Positions 53,040-64,000 of a stretch of DNA of 64,000 nucleotides are shown here, one piece after another. Each line of letters opens with the position of its first letter. Position 1 is the first letter of the stretch. Source of the DNA: Camelus ferus (taxonomy: Eukaryota). A model generated the notes under the pieces. That model had not been told where the DNA came from, did no database searches, and was given only the letters and a program-made list of their open reading frames with translations. A program made the position numbers and the translations under genes. The stretch lies in NCBI RefSeq assembly GCF_009834535.1, contig NC_045697.1, positions 31,002,001-31,066,000 of the forward strand, read 5' to 3'.

Positions 53040-53192
53040 TCAGGTTCAAACTCCTGAGCCTCATATGCCTGGGTAGCTGTGGGCAAATTTTTGTTGCTTC
53101 ATCTATAATTCAGTTAGCAATTAATGTGAGTATTGATAGGATTAAAAATAATTAGTACATATGTAAAGATTAAAACAGTGCTTGGCATGTAA
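53040..53192 (+). mobile_element. MIR fragment
   Basis: GGTTCAAACTCCTG...CTTCATCTATAA...AAAACAGTGCTTGGCATGTAA. Confidence 0.6.
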
Positions 53193-55349
53193 CACTTCTG
53201 TTACCTACGGTATCTTACCTTAAAAAAATGGGGAGGTTAGTTTCTCAGCCAAGACATAATCATATGTTTGGGAATCGGCGGAGGAACTAGTTCACTTGTA
53301 GCAGAGAGTTTATGTGGGGAATGGTGGGAGGTAAAACTGGAAAACTGTTTTGGATTCTTCGTGAGGACCCCAAAAGTCAGCTGCAGTGAATAATGAGGAA
53401 GATAAATTGATTGTATGTCTTGGTCTCTCCCAAATAATTGTGGTTTAAGCACTGTCTTGGTATAATTATTAGAACACCTTTCATTCTCAAATCTTGTTTG
53501 GATTAAAAATAGCCAAAAAAGTGATATTTAAACTAGGCTCACGGGGATTTCTGGAGATTATCTGGCATAAGCGTGTAAAATGCACTGGAGAACAGCAGTT
53601 TATAGGTTGGTAGCAAAGCATGGTGTGTTATTGGAAGTCATGTTAGTTTCCATAAATCATAAAACCTCAGTACTGAAAGGGACCTGGAGATAATCTGGTA
53701 GAATTCATTCTTCATTTTCATATTGGCAGACCATAATTTGCTTTCAATGTATTTTGACATGTTCAAAGAAGCATGTGAAACTGAACTCTTTGTAACAAAA
53801 ACAAAAAATACAAAAAAGTTAAAACCCATTGGAAATAAACTACATACAGCTCATGTGTTTGGGAAGCCCTTTACTTCATGTTGAAATGACAGCCCTGGAT
53901 TACTTTCATATGCTAGACTTGGAGTTGTGTACACTAGTCAGTGGTTTGGTCTGAAGAGTGATGACACCATCACACAGCAGTGTTTGCGCAGTGAGTTCCT
54001 TCTGCACCCTGCCACGTTCTTCTGCACTTTGCCCTTGTTATCTAATAAATGTAATCGGGAAATTGGGAAACAAAGTACTGATGCTAATAATATGAAACAT
54101 AGATCTCATTGCTTTAATAAGGCAAAAATTGAAACCATTGTTTGTGCTCATAAAAGCAAATCTGTAGCCTCAATCTAGTGTTAAGTAGACCTCCCTGGGC
54201 AGGAGGAAGAGGTGTGGGGCAGGGCTTTGGTGATTCCCTGTTGGGGCACTTCTTGAATTTGGTTAGAACTCATGCAAAGCTGGTACCCGAGGGGGGAATG
54301 GGATGTGAGAGATGTGAGGCCACACAGATCTGAAGCGTTGTGTGAGAGGTGTCTGACAAAGCATCTTTTTCAGATTGCATTAGTAATTTCATTTCACCTG
54401 TACTATTTTTCTTAGAGTTAATTTTTTCCAATTTGGAATTGGGATATGCAGGGTCACCTTGAATGGAAGCATATTTTTTTCTTTCATTCTCTCCATTCCC
54501 TGTTTAGTAGTTTTTTGTGCTGTCACCCAGTCTAGAACCACACCTTAATTGGTGACTTATGACTTGCTGTCTGGTGATACCGGGTATGTCAGAAGGCGAG
54601 GGGGTAGCTAGACTCAGGTTTTGTCTGCGAGGCTCTGTTTCCTGCCATGTTTTATATTAGCCATACTTCCAGGCAGCCAAAGAGGTTATTATTTTTTTCC
54701 CCATGTACCTGTCTGAGATGGGAGGCCTAGCCTAGCCTCATTTCAAGCAGTGAGTCTGGTTTCAGTCTGTGGGAGGTCTGTGACGTCATCCCTTCCTACT
54801 ACTTCGTTTCTGTTCTATTTCTGGTTCTTGACATGAATACTGTGTTTTGAGTTTTTGAAAATATACTCTTTTTTGGTTTCAATCCTCATACTACTTGGAT
54901 CATTGAATTGGGGCACATCTCAACATAGAGTTACAATGATATCTTGACTGGACATCTCTTGGAAAAAATGATTTTGAACAGATAATTCTACTCCCAGCCA
55001 AAGTACTAATCAAGTTTAAGTGTAGAGCAAAAAATGTTTCCTCATGTGCAAAGTTTCAACGAGAGTTCGCCTTGCTCACATCACTTCAGAAAAACAAAAT
55101 TACTTAAGCATGTACTTTTTAAGAGATGAGAAGGAGTTTGGGAAACACTGGATCCAACTCAAAAGAGCAGTAAAGGAAGATTCCTGGATGAAAGTCTTCA
55201 GCAGCTGCAGAGAACAACTGGTCCGGATTGGATTAGCAGAATAAAGGCAAGTAAGAGGGAAGTCTTCTTGCTTAAAGGGCCCACCTGAGATCATAGAAGC
55301 TGAAAAATAGTCATAATCGAAATATGTAGCAAATGAAAATTTGTCATTT

Positions 55350-56180
55350 TAAGGAGAGTAGTTCCTCAGCCTTTTTGGGTCTTTCTTGCCACTGACATTT
55401 TGAAAAATTTAGGTCAGTTACTTACCCTTTAATTTGGCTTTGTCAGACGTTTCCTCCGGATTAGAGTCAAATGATGCATTTTTGGCTGGGATAGTATGTA
55501 AGTGATAATGTGCCCTTCTGGAGGTCTCATAGCTGAAGGTGCATGGTATCCATTTGCCCCCTGTTAGTGATATTAATTTTGATCACTTTATTATGGTATT
55601 TTCTAATTTCTCTCATACATAGTCATTATTCCCTTTTAAATTAATAAATAATTTGTCGGAAGCTATTTGAGGCTGTGCCATTATCTTGTTCCTCTCAAAC
55701 TCTGACATTCAAGATTAAGCAATCATTGATTATTTTTGCCTAAAGATGATGTTAGAATGATGTTTGCAAAATGAAAATTTTTCCCTATAGTGATTACTCA
55801 AGATTTTTCTGTAAGGGAGAATCTTTGTTTCTCTTTTGTTTATAGATTTATGTATCCATCTGTTTATTAATCGTTGTGTAGACTCATGGATTCTTATTCA
55901 CTGAGTTATGCTCCATCACTGTTCTTATTTATTTTAATACTCTAAATAGTCCAGTTCTGGCCTATGGCAGCCCCTTAAAACTGGTGCTAGTGTCTTTTTT
56001 TTTTGACATATCTCCATCAATTTTTTGACCATTTCCTTACTTTGTGGTGCAAGGTGTTCCCTGCTTACCGTATACTTTTCCTGCACATCCCAGGCATCTA
56101 CCATTTCTCCAGAGGGCTTAGGTGGTGGGTTTGCTCACTGCTGCTGGCATGTCACTACCTGCCGGTCCTTTTAGTGGACG
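55350..56180 (-). mobile_element. L1MC-like 3' region
   Basis: CACTGACATTTTGAAAAATTTAGGTCAGTTA...GTGATATTAATTTTGATCACTT...GACTCATGGATTCTTATT. Confidence 0.65.
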
Positions 56181-57679
56181 AAGTGAATGATGATGGTGGA
56201 GGGAGCAATTTGGCATGTATTTGAAATCCATGCTATTCTCTCCCTCCTAGCAATGCTGAAGGCATGGGACATGTGTGGTTTTATTTATGCTCCTTGTCTA
56301 TCTTATTTTGGTGGGGAGAATGTGTACAGTGATTTAGATTCAGGAAACCACCATTATCTGAGCGCAGATCAGACCTCTGAGATCCAAGATCTTTTGTTAT
56401 CTCCTGTGTCCGGAACACTGTCAGTCTCCAGGGTAATTAAAATTTAAATGGGGAATTTTCAGTGAATTGATGAATGTGCTGATGAATTTTTGAGAACAGA
56501 AATTTCTGCTCTATCTTCCTACAGTCTTCACTTTCATAGTGTGTGGTTGCTTTAGGGTCAAAGAAGGCAGCTTGAGAAGAAGCCAAGCCAAGAATTACTC
56601 CCTTAATAAGAACACTGGTAGGAGGATGGCTTCTGTGATTTGCTTTTATGCATTGCCTTCAGAGGCTGCCGATACGTTTGCCAATTTTTCTTACGTATTA
56701 TATATATCAATTATAATATATAGAGAGAGCCAAAAAGTGTAATCCTTGGCATTTATAAAAGTCTAATCTGATTTCATTACTGAAGGCAGAAATATATGGA
56801 GAAGAAAAAAAGTGTCCCATTTCCTCCAGTATGGATAGCACAAATGAGAGCTTAGTGCTTCATTCCAATGAGCTTGCGGCTTTCATTAATCTCACACTCC
56901 CAGCTGATGAATGAAAATTGTTTTGTCGTCCCAGGCAGGCTGCTCCTGCAGAGTAATTAATCCCAGATGAAGGGCTGGAACAACCGCCAGTGAAAATGCT
57001 CGTGTGTCGGCGGCTCAGCTGAGACTCACCAGCAAGGGATTCGCTGGCAGTGACACATGACTTTATGATTCCTCTTACTTATGTAGGGAGTGACAAACGG
57101 AGCTACTGACACTCCCTTTAATTAAGTAGTCTCTGAAACAGGTGACCAGTCAGGACGAAGGAGGTACAGAGCGCTTCCTAGATAAGAGCTTCTTAGGGTG
57201 AGTGAATTTCACTGGGAAAGAAGCTGTGCTGGGCAGAAAGCTACCTTAGTATTTCTGGGTAGAACAGGTTCAGCTGGGATTATGAAGCATAAATCATAGT
57301 CCTCTCACAGGGAAACAAGATCCAAGTTAGAACATAATGATAGGAAGAAAGGAAGCCCATGAGACAGTCACCTTAATCTTTAGTTTTTCAATATGATGAG
57401 CTCTAAGGGGGAATCTAACTGGTGAACAGGCGTTTTAAGATTCCAGCACAGCCAGCACTTCCTTATATCTGAGTAGACCACGGCTTGGAATCAGTTTTAT
57501 ATGTGTATAGTGTTTCTTAAAACTCCCCTGCTGCTTGTTGCACTTGCCACACCAGCCTCACCTTCAGGAAGGGCTAAACCTGGAATCACAGTTATGTATT
57601 TCTTGAGCAACTGTAGTTCTGACAATGCTTTATTTCTCCCCCGGGGCACTGAAATTCCCGGGAAGAGTCAAAGGCCTCC

Positions 57680-57839
57680 TTGCTTCTCAACATGTCATCT
57701 AAGAGCCAGCGGCATCAGCATCACCTGCAAGTTTGTTAGAAACAGACTTTTTGGCCCCACCCAGACCTACTGAATCAGAAATGCATTTTAACAAGATGCT
57801 CAGGTGATGCCTTTGCAAATTACAAGTGGAGAAGCACTG
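57680..57839. mobile_element. MER5A/B (hAT-Charlie)
   Basis: GGCATCAGCATCACCTG..TTGTTAGAAA...CCCCACCCAGACCTACTGAATCAGAA...GAGAAGCACTG. Confidence 0.85.
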
Positions 57840-58207
57840 CTGGTGAGAATGAGAGACCTCGCCATTGACTTTATGGTACCCCACCTCTGCATTCCAGCTC
57901 CATTTCCCGCCTCCCACTGCTGCAGATGCTCGGGAACAACCCCTGCCTCTGCCCCTGCAGGTGCCCATGTGCTTTGTGCTTTGACCATCTCTCTGCTGAT
58001 ACGTAAGTTCTTTTCCAGTGGGGTCCTCAGTTAACTCACATGAATAAAGCTCTAGAAGGTGCTCCCCTTTGGTCTACATACTAACTCTATGGTTACTCTA
58101 TCTTAGGCTCATGTTGGGAGCTCTGCTAGCTGTCATTTTAATTGTAGTTACCATAAATGATTTAATAATACTCTGGGTTTAAAAAAGACCTGTATTAGCT
58201 TCTAATA

Positions 58208-58398
58208 TTTTATTTTATTTTCAAAAGAAGGCAGATATTTATTCATTCATCTATAAACTCCTCAAGTTTTTTTTTTTTTTTTCAAGGGGGAGGTAATTAG
58301 GTTTGTATTTATTTTTAATGGAGGTGCTGGGGATTGAACCCAGGACCTCATGCATGCTAAGCACACATTCTACCCCTGAGCTATACCCTCCCCACCCC
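58208..58398 (-). mobile_element. Vic-1-type SINE with an extra 45-nt 3' segment inside the TSD
   Basis: Minus strand reads GGGGAGGGTATAGCTCAGGGGTAGAATGTGTGCTTAGCATGCATGAGGTCCTGGGTTCAATCCCCAGCACCTCC, then A16, 45 unique nt and a second A-rich tail. TSD TAGCTTCTAATA at 58196-58207 and 58399-58410. Confidence 0.93.
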
Positions 58399-61300
58399 TA
58401 GCTTCTAATACTTTTAAATCAGGAGTTTTTTACATAAGTCTGTATCAGTGGCGTCTCTTGACAAGCCTAGGTCACCATTTCCTCTTGTGATGTCAGTTGG
58501 AGTGGTCTAGTGGCTGGCCTGTCAGACAGGGTTACACCTTCCAGTATGCCACTGTCCTTACTCCCTTTTATCATTGCCCTACCTCCAATCCTGGGGATCC
58601 TTGGTATTTATCCTCTATCTGCTCTGTTTCCTCATACCTAGCCCAAGTCCCTCACGTTTACATTGCCTGCTTGTGTCTCCCGTGGACGTGTGAGTTTGAG
58701 GCCATGGGCCAGCTTCTTGGTCTACTTCCCTGGACATGGTATTTTTAAAGTGTGCATTTGCTTTTCTTTTCCAGTTGATAAAGGTGCATTATAAAATGTT
58801 CATTCCTTTCCAGGGTAACTCTGGATTCCAAACATAGAACATAAATCTGTGATTCCAAATGTAGAAAGAGTTGGACCTTCCCAAATCAGGGCCTTCAGAA
58901 CTGAGGGCTCAACAGAAAGGAATGTGAAAGGAATACACTCAAATGATAAAGAAATCCACTAAGCCATGTTTTCTTGGTGGTTCTCACCTGACCCTTTAGA
59001 ATAAATGGCACCAGTAGACTCAAGGTCATTTTCAAGAACATGTCACAGAGTGGGTTAAAAAAAAAAATCAATTTTCAGAACTCATTATTTTCTAGCGGGA
59101 GCTTAAACTTTTCATTTCTAGAGATGTAAATTTCTGTAAGGGTTCCTCTCCATTTATATTAGTGATTTGGAAATTTATCAGCAGACTTCTATATGTCTCA
59201 AGGAGTCTGATACATCCTACCATGTGGTTTGCTTTGGGAGATATGGAGTCTGTAGAATTATGACTATCTCCAGCCTGTCTGTGGCGTGCCTGCTCTGTGC
59301 GACGCACTGTGGTCTTTGGGCACAAGGGAATGGACCCCAGACATCAGAGAGGTAGGTGACCAGGCTGGCCCACGTCTGAGGAGCAGGCAGGGAGTTTGCA
59401 TTGCTGACCATCCATTAGCAGAGCCTCCCTGCAGTGTGCTGCTTCAGCATCTCCGACAGAGAGAGTGTATCGTAGGACAGTGGACACACTGACAGGCTCC
59501 TTCTAGTGCTGGCCGCCTTTCGTGGAGTCAGCAACATAGGAAAGGCAAAGTGGGAGGGTGGGCAGAAGCACTGAGCCCAGAGAATGAGTCCGTTCCCTGG
59601 CGATTACCTCAGCTAAAGAGAACTCTTTAGTATTTTTAATCATATGCTTGCCCATTCAGCCAAGAAGGCTTTTATTTCACAGCTCATGATGAATTAGTGC
59701 GAGAACTAATTTGCAACCCCTGCCGTCTGCACTTAAGGCACACACCAGGAACAATGGCTTTCAAAGCCAATTATGAAATTATGAAATATGTGTTGGGGCA
59801 GGGTGTCACGTAGAAATAGCAAGTCCCAGTGTAATGCGTGGTGAACATGCTGAGAGGAGCCAGGAGCCTGGAGCGTGTGTAGACATGGATTATGTGCGCA
59901 GCACCCAGTAGAAGAGCTCAGGGGTTCTGCTCCAGGGCCCAGCTCTGTGCAGTGCGTGGGAGGGGGGTCCTCTCTGTCAAACTGGATGAATCCTGCAGGG
60001 TTTAACATACCCTTTCTTCCTCCAACCTCCCTTCCTCCCTCCATCCTGTCTTCTTTTTCCTCCATTTATTTCTTAGAAGATTCCTTGAAAATAATTTTCA
60101 GAAAAATCAAATACTTTTCCCTCTTCTCTCATTTCCCACCCTGAGCAGTCACTCTAACCCTGATGAAGTCCTTATGGCAGTGCCCTTAATTGCTCTTCCC
60201 TCTTCCACTCTTCCTGAGAAAGCAGAGGCTGATGACTTATTCCCAGTTCACTTCACTATGGGGTTATCTTTCCCTATGGGGTTGCAAGATTTTCCTTTTA
60301 AAGCTCTATCCCACAAAAGGAATGCTTTCAACCTGCATCCCTACTTGTATCCATCTCTAGGTGTCCCTTTTTTTCTAAGGATCTTCTAAATTTGGAAATT
60401 CAGAGTCGCAACCTGCTTCTGGTCCTGAAGGCCCAGGCACACTGGCTATGACGGAGGGCAGTGGGTAATTTTCGACTCAGAATTTCGGGGTTGGGCATGC
60501 TGTACTTAGAGAATCCGGTGTTGCCCACTCAGTTCATCTCCAAACAGTTCATTAATTGAATTTGATAAGATTTGAACAATAAACGGTTTTACTTTTTTCA
60601 AATCACTGTCTTAAATATGTTTCATCCAATTTCTTGTTGCATTTCATCTACATCTCAGACAAATCCCATAGTGATTCCATATTTTTCTACTCCTAAAACA
60701 TTCCCTCTCTTATCCCATGCTAGGATTTTCCTTCTCCCATTGCTGACTTAGGGCTGGAAGGACTTGGAGAGATGAGGGGTGTGGTCTGCTGCTAGAACAT
60801 CCCATCTGCCTTCCTTTCCCTCTCCCCACTTCCTTCCCCAGCTCCTCATGCCCATGCTGCAGGAAGGAGAAAAGTGATTGAAGGTGATAAGCATCTCTGA
60901 TTTATCTCTTGGCTGACGCTGGTTGGCTGCCCCAGGTACCTCTTTGTTGCCAGGTGCCCCTACCATCTTTGGGGCCTGGGGCAAGATTACAGATGGAAGC
61001 CCAGGCATCCTGTGTCTAACTACTAAGGAGATATATGTCAAGCTAACAAAATATTGAATAAATATATTCCATACACTTATCCTGATAGATACATATTCAT
61101 AATGACCTTCAAGGCCAGGTTAGAACTTAGAGTCCTTGAACTCCGTATAATTTGCACGTTAACATGGTGCCATGCGATAAACTGTCCTTGCCCTCCTCTC
61201 CACCGTGGCCGAAAGCCTCCCATCCTTATCCCTCCTGGATCTCACGCTTACCTTGTGCACCTGTGTGTAGTCACTGCCGTCAACATGTTCAATCTCGTTT

Positions 61301-62734
61301 TACCTCCTGCCGCCTGCATCACACAGCCATCTACTTCTTGGGCATTGGGGCTGGGTTCCTCAGAAGAATCGGCCCGGGGAAGAAGTCTGTGTAGGCTCTG
61401 GAAGTAGGCATAGGGCCATTTGGAGAGAGAATTCTGGAGTCCTCAGGCATGATTTAGAAGGGGGTACAAGCATCAGACAGGCAGGTCCCTTTGTCCCTCA
61501 CCTTGTAGGGAAGCACATGGCTGTAGGAGGGCAAGAATGGGGTCCTCTAGAGAGCAGACTAACAGCTACCTCCTCTTCATCCCTCTGGTCCTCTTCATCT
61601 TCTGCTGATGTAAGGTGGTGGTGGGGGAATGGGGTGGGGAGTAGTTAGAGGATAGCAGAGCTCATTTATTTGTTTCTTAATAAGCCTAGGAGGGATTCTT
61701 GGTCTCCCTTTATTAGATAGTTTATGCTCTTGTGTTCTCAGCTTACAGTCTGAGTAGCCCTTTCCAGAGCCAATAAGAGAATCTCTCAATATCCTAATAT
61801 GCATTCAGACAAAACCTCTCTCTTAATAGAGCACGTAACTCTGCCAATTAAAAAGAAAGAAGACTATTTAGCCAAATATTTACCTTGATCTTTGCTTTGT
61901 GTGTATAGAAGATTTCTTTTACTTCATAGTTAAACAAATAGCATAATTGTAACTTGGCTTAAAAATGTGTCTGAGCAACATGCAAATTACCAATTTAATG
62001 CCTTCTCTTTCTAGCTTCGCCCCATGCTTCTACGCCTCCGTCTGTCACCAGGCTTGGCGACGCACATAAACAGTATTCCCACAAACACCAGTTCCTTAAA
62101 AATCTCCAAAGGTGCCCCAACACTGCTTTCCTTCTGCGACATAAATAATAAATATTGGTCACGTACCAAGCATCGTTCCATGTGCAACACAGAAGGTGAC
62201 GTACTGCCTCTGATATAGTACCTTCACTTCCCCCTTGTTTACTCCGGGGAGCATTTCCGAATGCTGGTATGTGAGCATAAAATTATAATGGAGATAACCT
62301 TGAATTCACTCTATTCTGTATTAAAAGGTAAATCACTTTTTATTAATATTGCTATCATCAGTAATAAGTTACCTGCCACAAATTGCACAACAGATTGTGA
62401 TACTAAAGTTGACAAGCAATTCCCTAGATGATCTAAAATGGAAAAAAAAAAGAGAGAGCAGGATGTTTTGACAAAAAGTGAGGATCTGACTCCTAAGAGG
62501 GACCCTAATTTATGGAAGGCCCCAGAAACACGGACCACGTCTTATAATTCATGTTCAAGTTCAGCAGGCACTCACTGGCTATTGATATGCTTTTACATAG
62601 TTGTCATACTTTTAGAAATATTTACGTGAAACAAAGTAAGAATTGTACATTAAACATGCATGTATATATGCACACATGAAATATACAGTGACAACAATTG
62701 ATGGATTGATGATTTTTACCTATATTATCATATT

Positions 62735-63350
62735 TAATTCTTAAAAACAACTCTATGGGAGAAATAAAGTCAATTCCATTTGTATACATAAGGAAACAGT
62801 TGCTCAGAGAGCTTAAATAATCTGCCCAAGTTCATACATGTGAGAATCGATGAACTGGTAGATGCATTATGAAAAGCAGTATGAAAGGTCCCCGAGAATT
62901 TAAACATAGAACTACCATGTGATCCAGCAATTCCACTTTTAAGTATGTATCCAAAGGAAACAAGATCAGTATTTCAAAGAGATATCTGTACTCCCATGTT
63001 CAATGCAGCATTATTCTCAATAGCCACAGTGTGGGGACAACCTACTTGTCCATCAGCGGATGAATGGATAAAGCAAAAAGTTAAATGTTCTCACACTAAA
63101 AAAGTAAATATGTAAGGTGATGGAATGTGTTAATTGATTTGATATGGGAAACTCTTTCACAATGTATATGCAGATCAAATCATCATCATGTTGTATGCTT
63201 TAAATATCTTAGTTTTATTGTTAATTATTCCTCAATAAAGCTGGAATAGAAAGACAACCAAAACAACAAAACAACAGCCACAAAAGAAGCACCAAAGCTG
63301 TGCTGCAACTCGGGACCTTCTGACTCCAAACCCAGTTTTCTTCACCACTA
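62735..63350 (-). mobile_element. MIR split by an L1 insertion
   Basis: Left half CCATTTGTATACATAAGGAAACAG..CTCAGAGAGCTTAAATAATCTGCCCAAG. Right half TCTGACTCCAAACCC..TTCACCACTA after 63300. Confidence 0.6.
62853..63285 (+). mobile_element. L1MA-like 3' fragment with an internal deletion
   Basis: ATAGAACTACCATGTGATCCAGCAATTCCAC...GATGAATGGATAAAG joined directly to distal 3'UTR (AAATGTTCTCAC...CTCAATAAAGCTGG), then an (AAC)-rich tail. Confidence 0.85.
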
Positions 63351-63379
63351 TTTCCTGCTGTCCTTTTCTTCTTTATGTC

Positions 63380-63680
63380 TTTCCTTTACTTAACAGAAAT
63401 AAATAGAGCACCTGTTATGTGCCAGGGATATTTCTAGAAGCTGAGTATACAGCAGGAACAATCCAAAATTCCTGCCTTCCTGGAACTTGCAGTCTCTTTG
63501 GAAAGGCAGATAGTAATCAAGCAAATATATAACTAAAGAAATGCACAGTGTACTTTCAGGTAATGATAAATGCTATGAAAGAAATTTCCGGAAGATAAGG
63601 AGATTGATAATGAGGGGTGGGGTAACAGGTGGGGGCAGGGTCAGGGTGCTTTTTCAGGTATGGGGGTCGGAGAAGTCTGA
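63380..63680 (-). mobile_element. L2 3' end
   Basis: GAGCACCTGTTATGTGCCAGG...CCTGCCTTCCTGGAACTT...GTAATGATAAATGCTATGAA. Confidence 0.7.
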
Positions 63681-64000
63681 CAATTAATATAGCTTACAAG
63701 GCACTGGCTGCTTTATTGAAGTATCTGGTTCCACTGGAGCCCTGTAAAAAATATGCGTTTGTTAGCAGAAGCCCTTAGGTGCTTTCTGCAATTTATGTGT
63801 AGTTCACGGTTTGTTATGTAGTACTGTATACATTTGCTCTGAGCACAACCCGTCCTCCCCCCAAATAAAAGAGGAAACTTTGTGAGCTCTTTCTAAAAGT
63901 ATAGGAAGATGTCCCAAATATGTTTAGAAACACTTTAAGGTTTTATATGGCAAGGGAATAGAGATCCTGTGTTCAGGATGGATGCCTCTTTAACTAGGAC

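Overview
Mammalian genomic DNA, very probably camelid: it carries three Vic-1-type tRNA-derived SINEs and cetartiodactyl-type L1 3' ends, and I saw no Bov-A, PRE-1 or Alu SINEs. The only host gene I recognise is coding exon 1 of GRXCR1, the hair-cell stereocilia gene mutated in DFNB25 deafness (34090-34473, + strand, 128 codons, phase-0 GT donor). About 34 kb of upstream sequence precedes it. The ~29.5 kb after it appears to be intron 1, since I saw no exon 2. The rest is mostly interspersed repeats: a nearly ORF2-complete 5'-truncated L1, several short L1 3' ends (one twin-primed), older L1M/HAL1/L2/MIR fragments, MaLR/ERVL/ERV1 LTRs, an ERVL pol remnant, and hAT/Tigger MITEs. I found no convincing new multi-gene system. 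The most interesting items are a Vic-1 SINE that appears to have carried along 45 nt of foreign 3' flank with its own AATAAA and TCTTTT terminator, a Val at GRXCR1 residue 91, an unidentified decayed retrocopy-like sequence split by two insertions, and candidate RFX/POU4F hair-cell regulatory motifs. Repeat family names come from by-eye recall of consensus sequences, and old-repeat boundaries are approximate.
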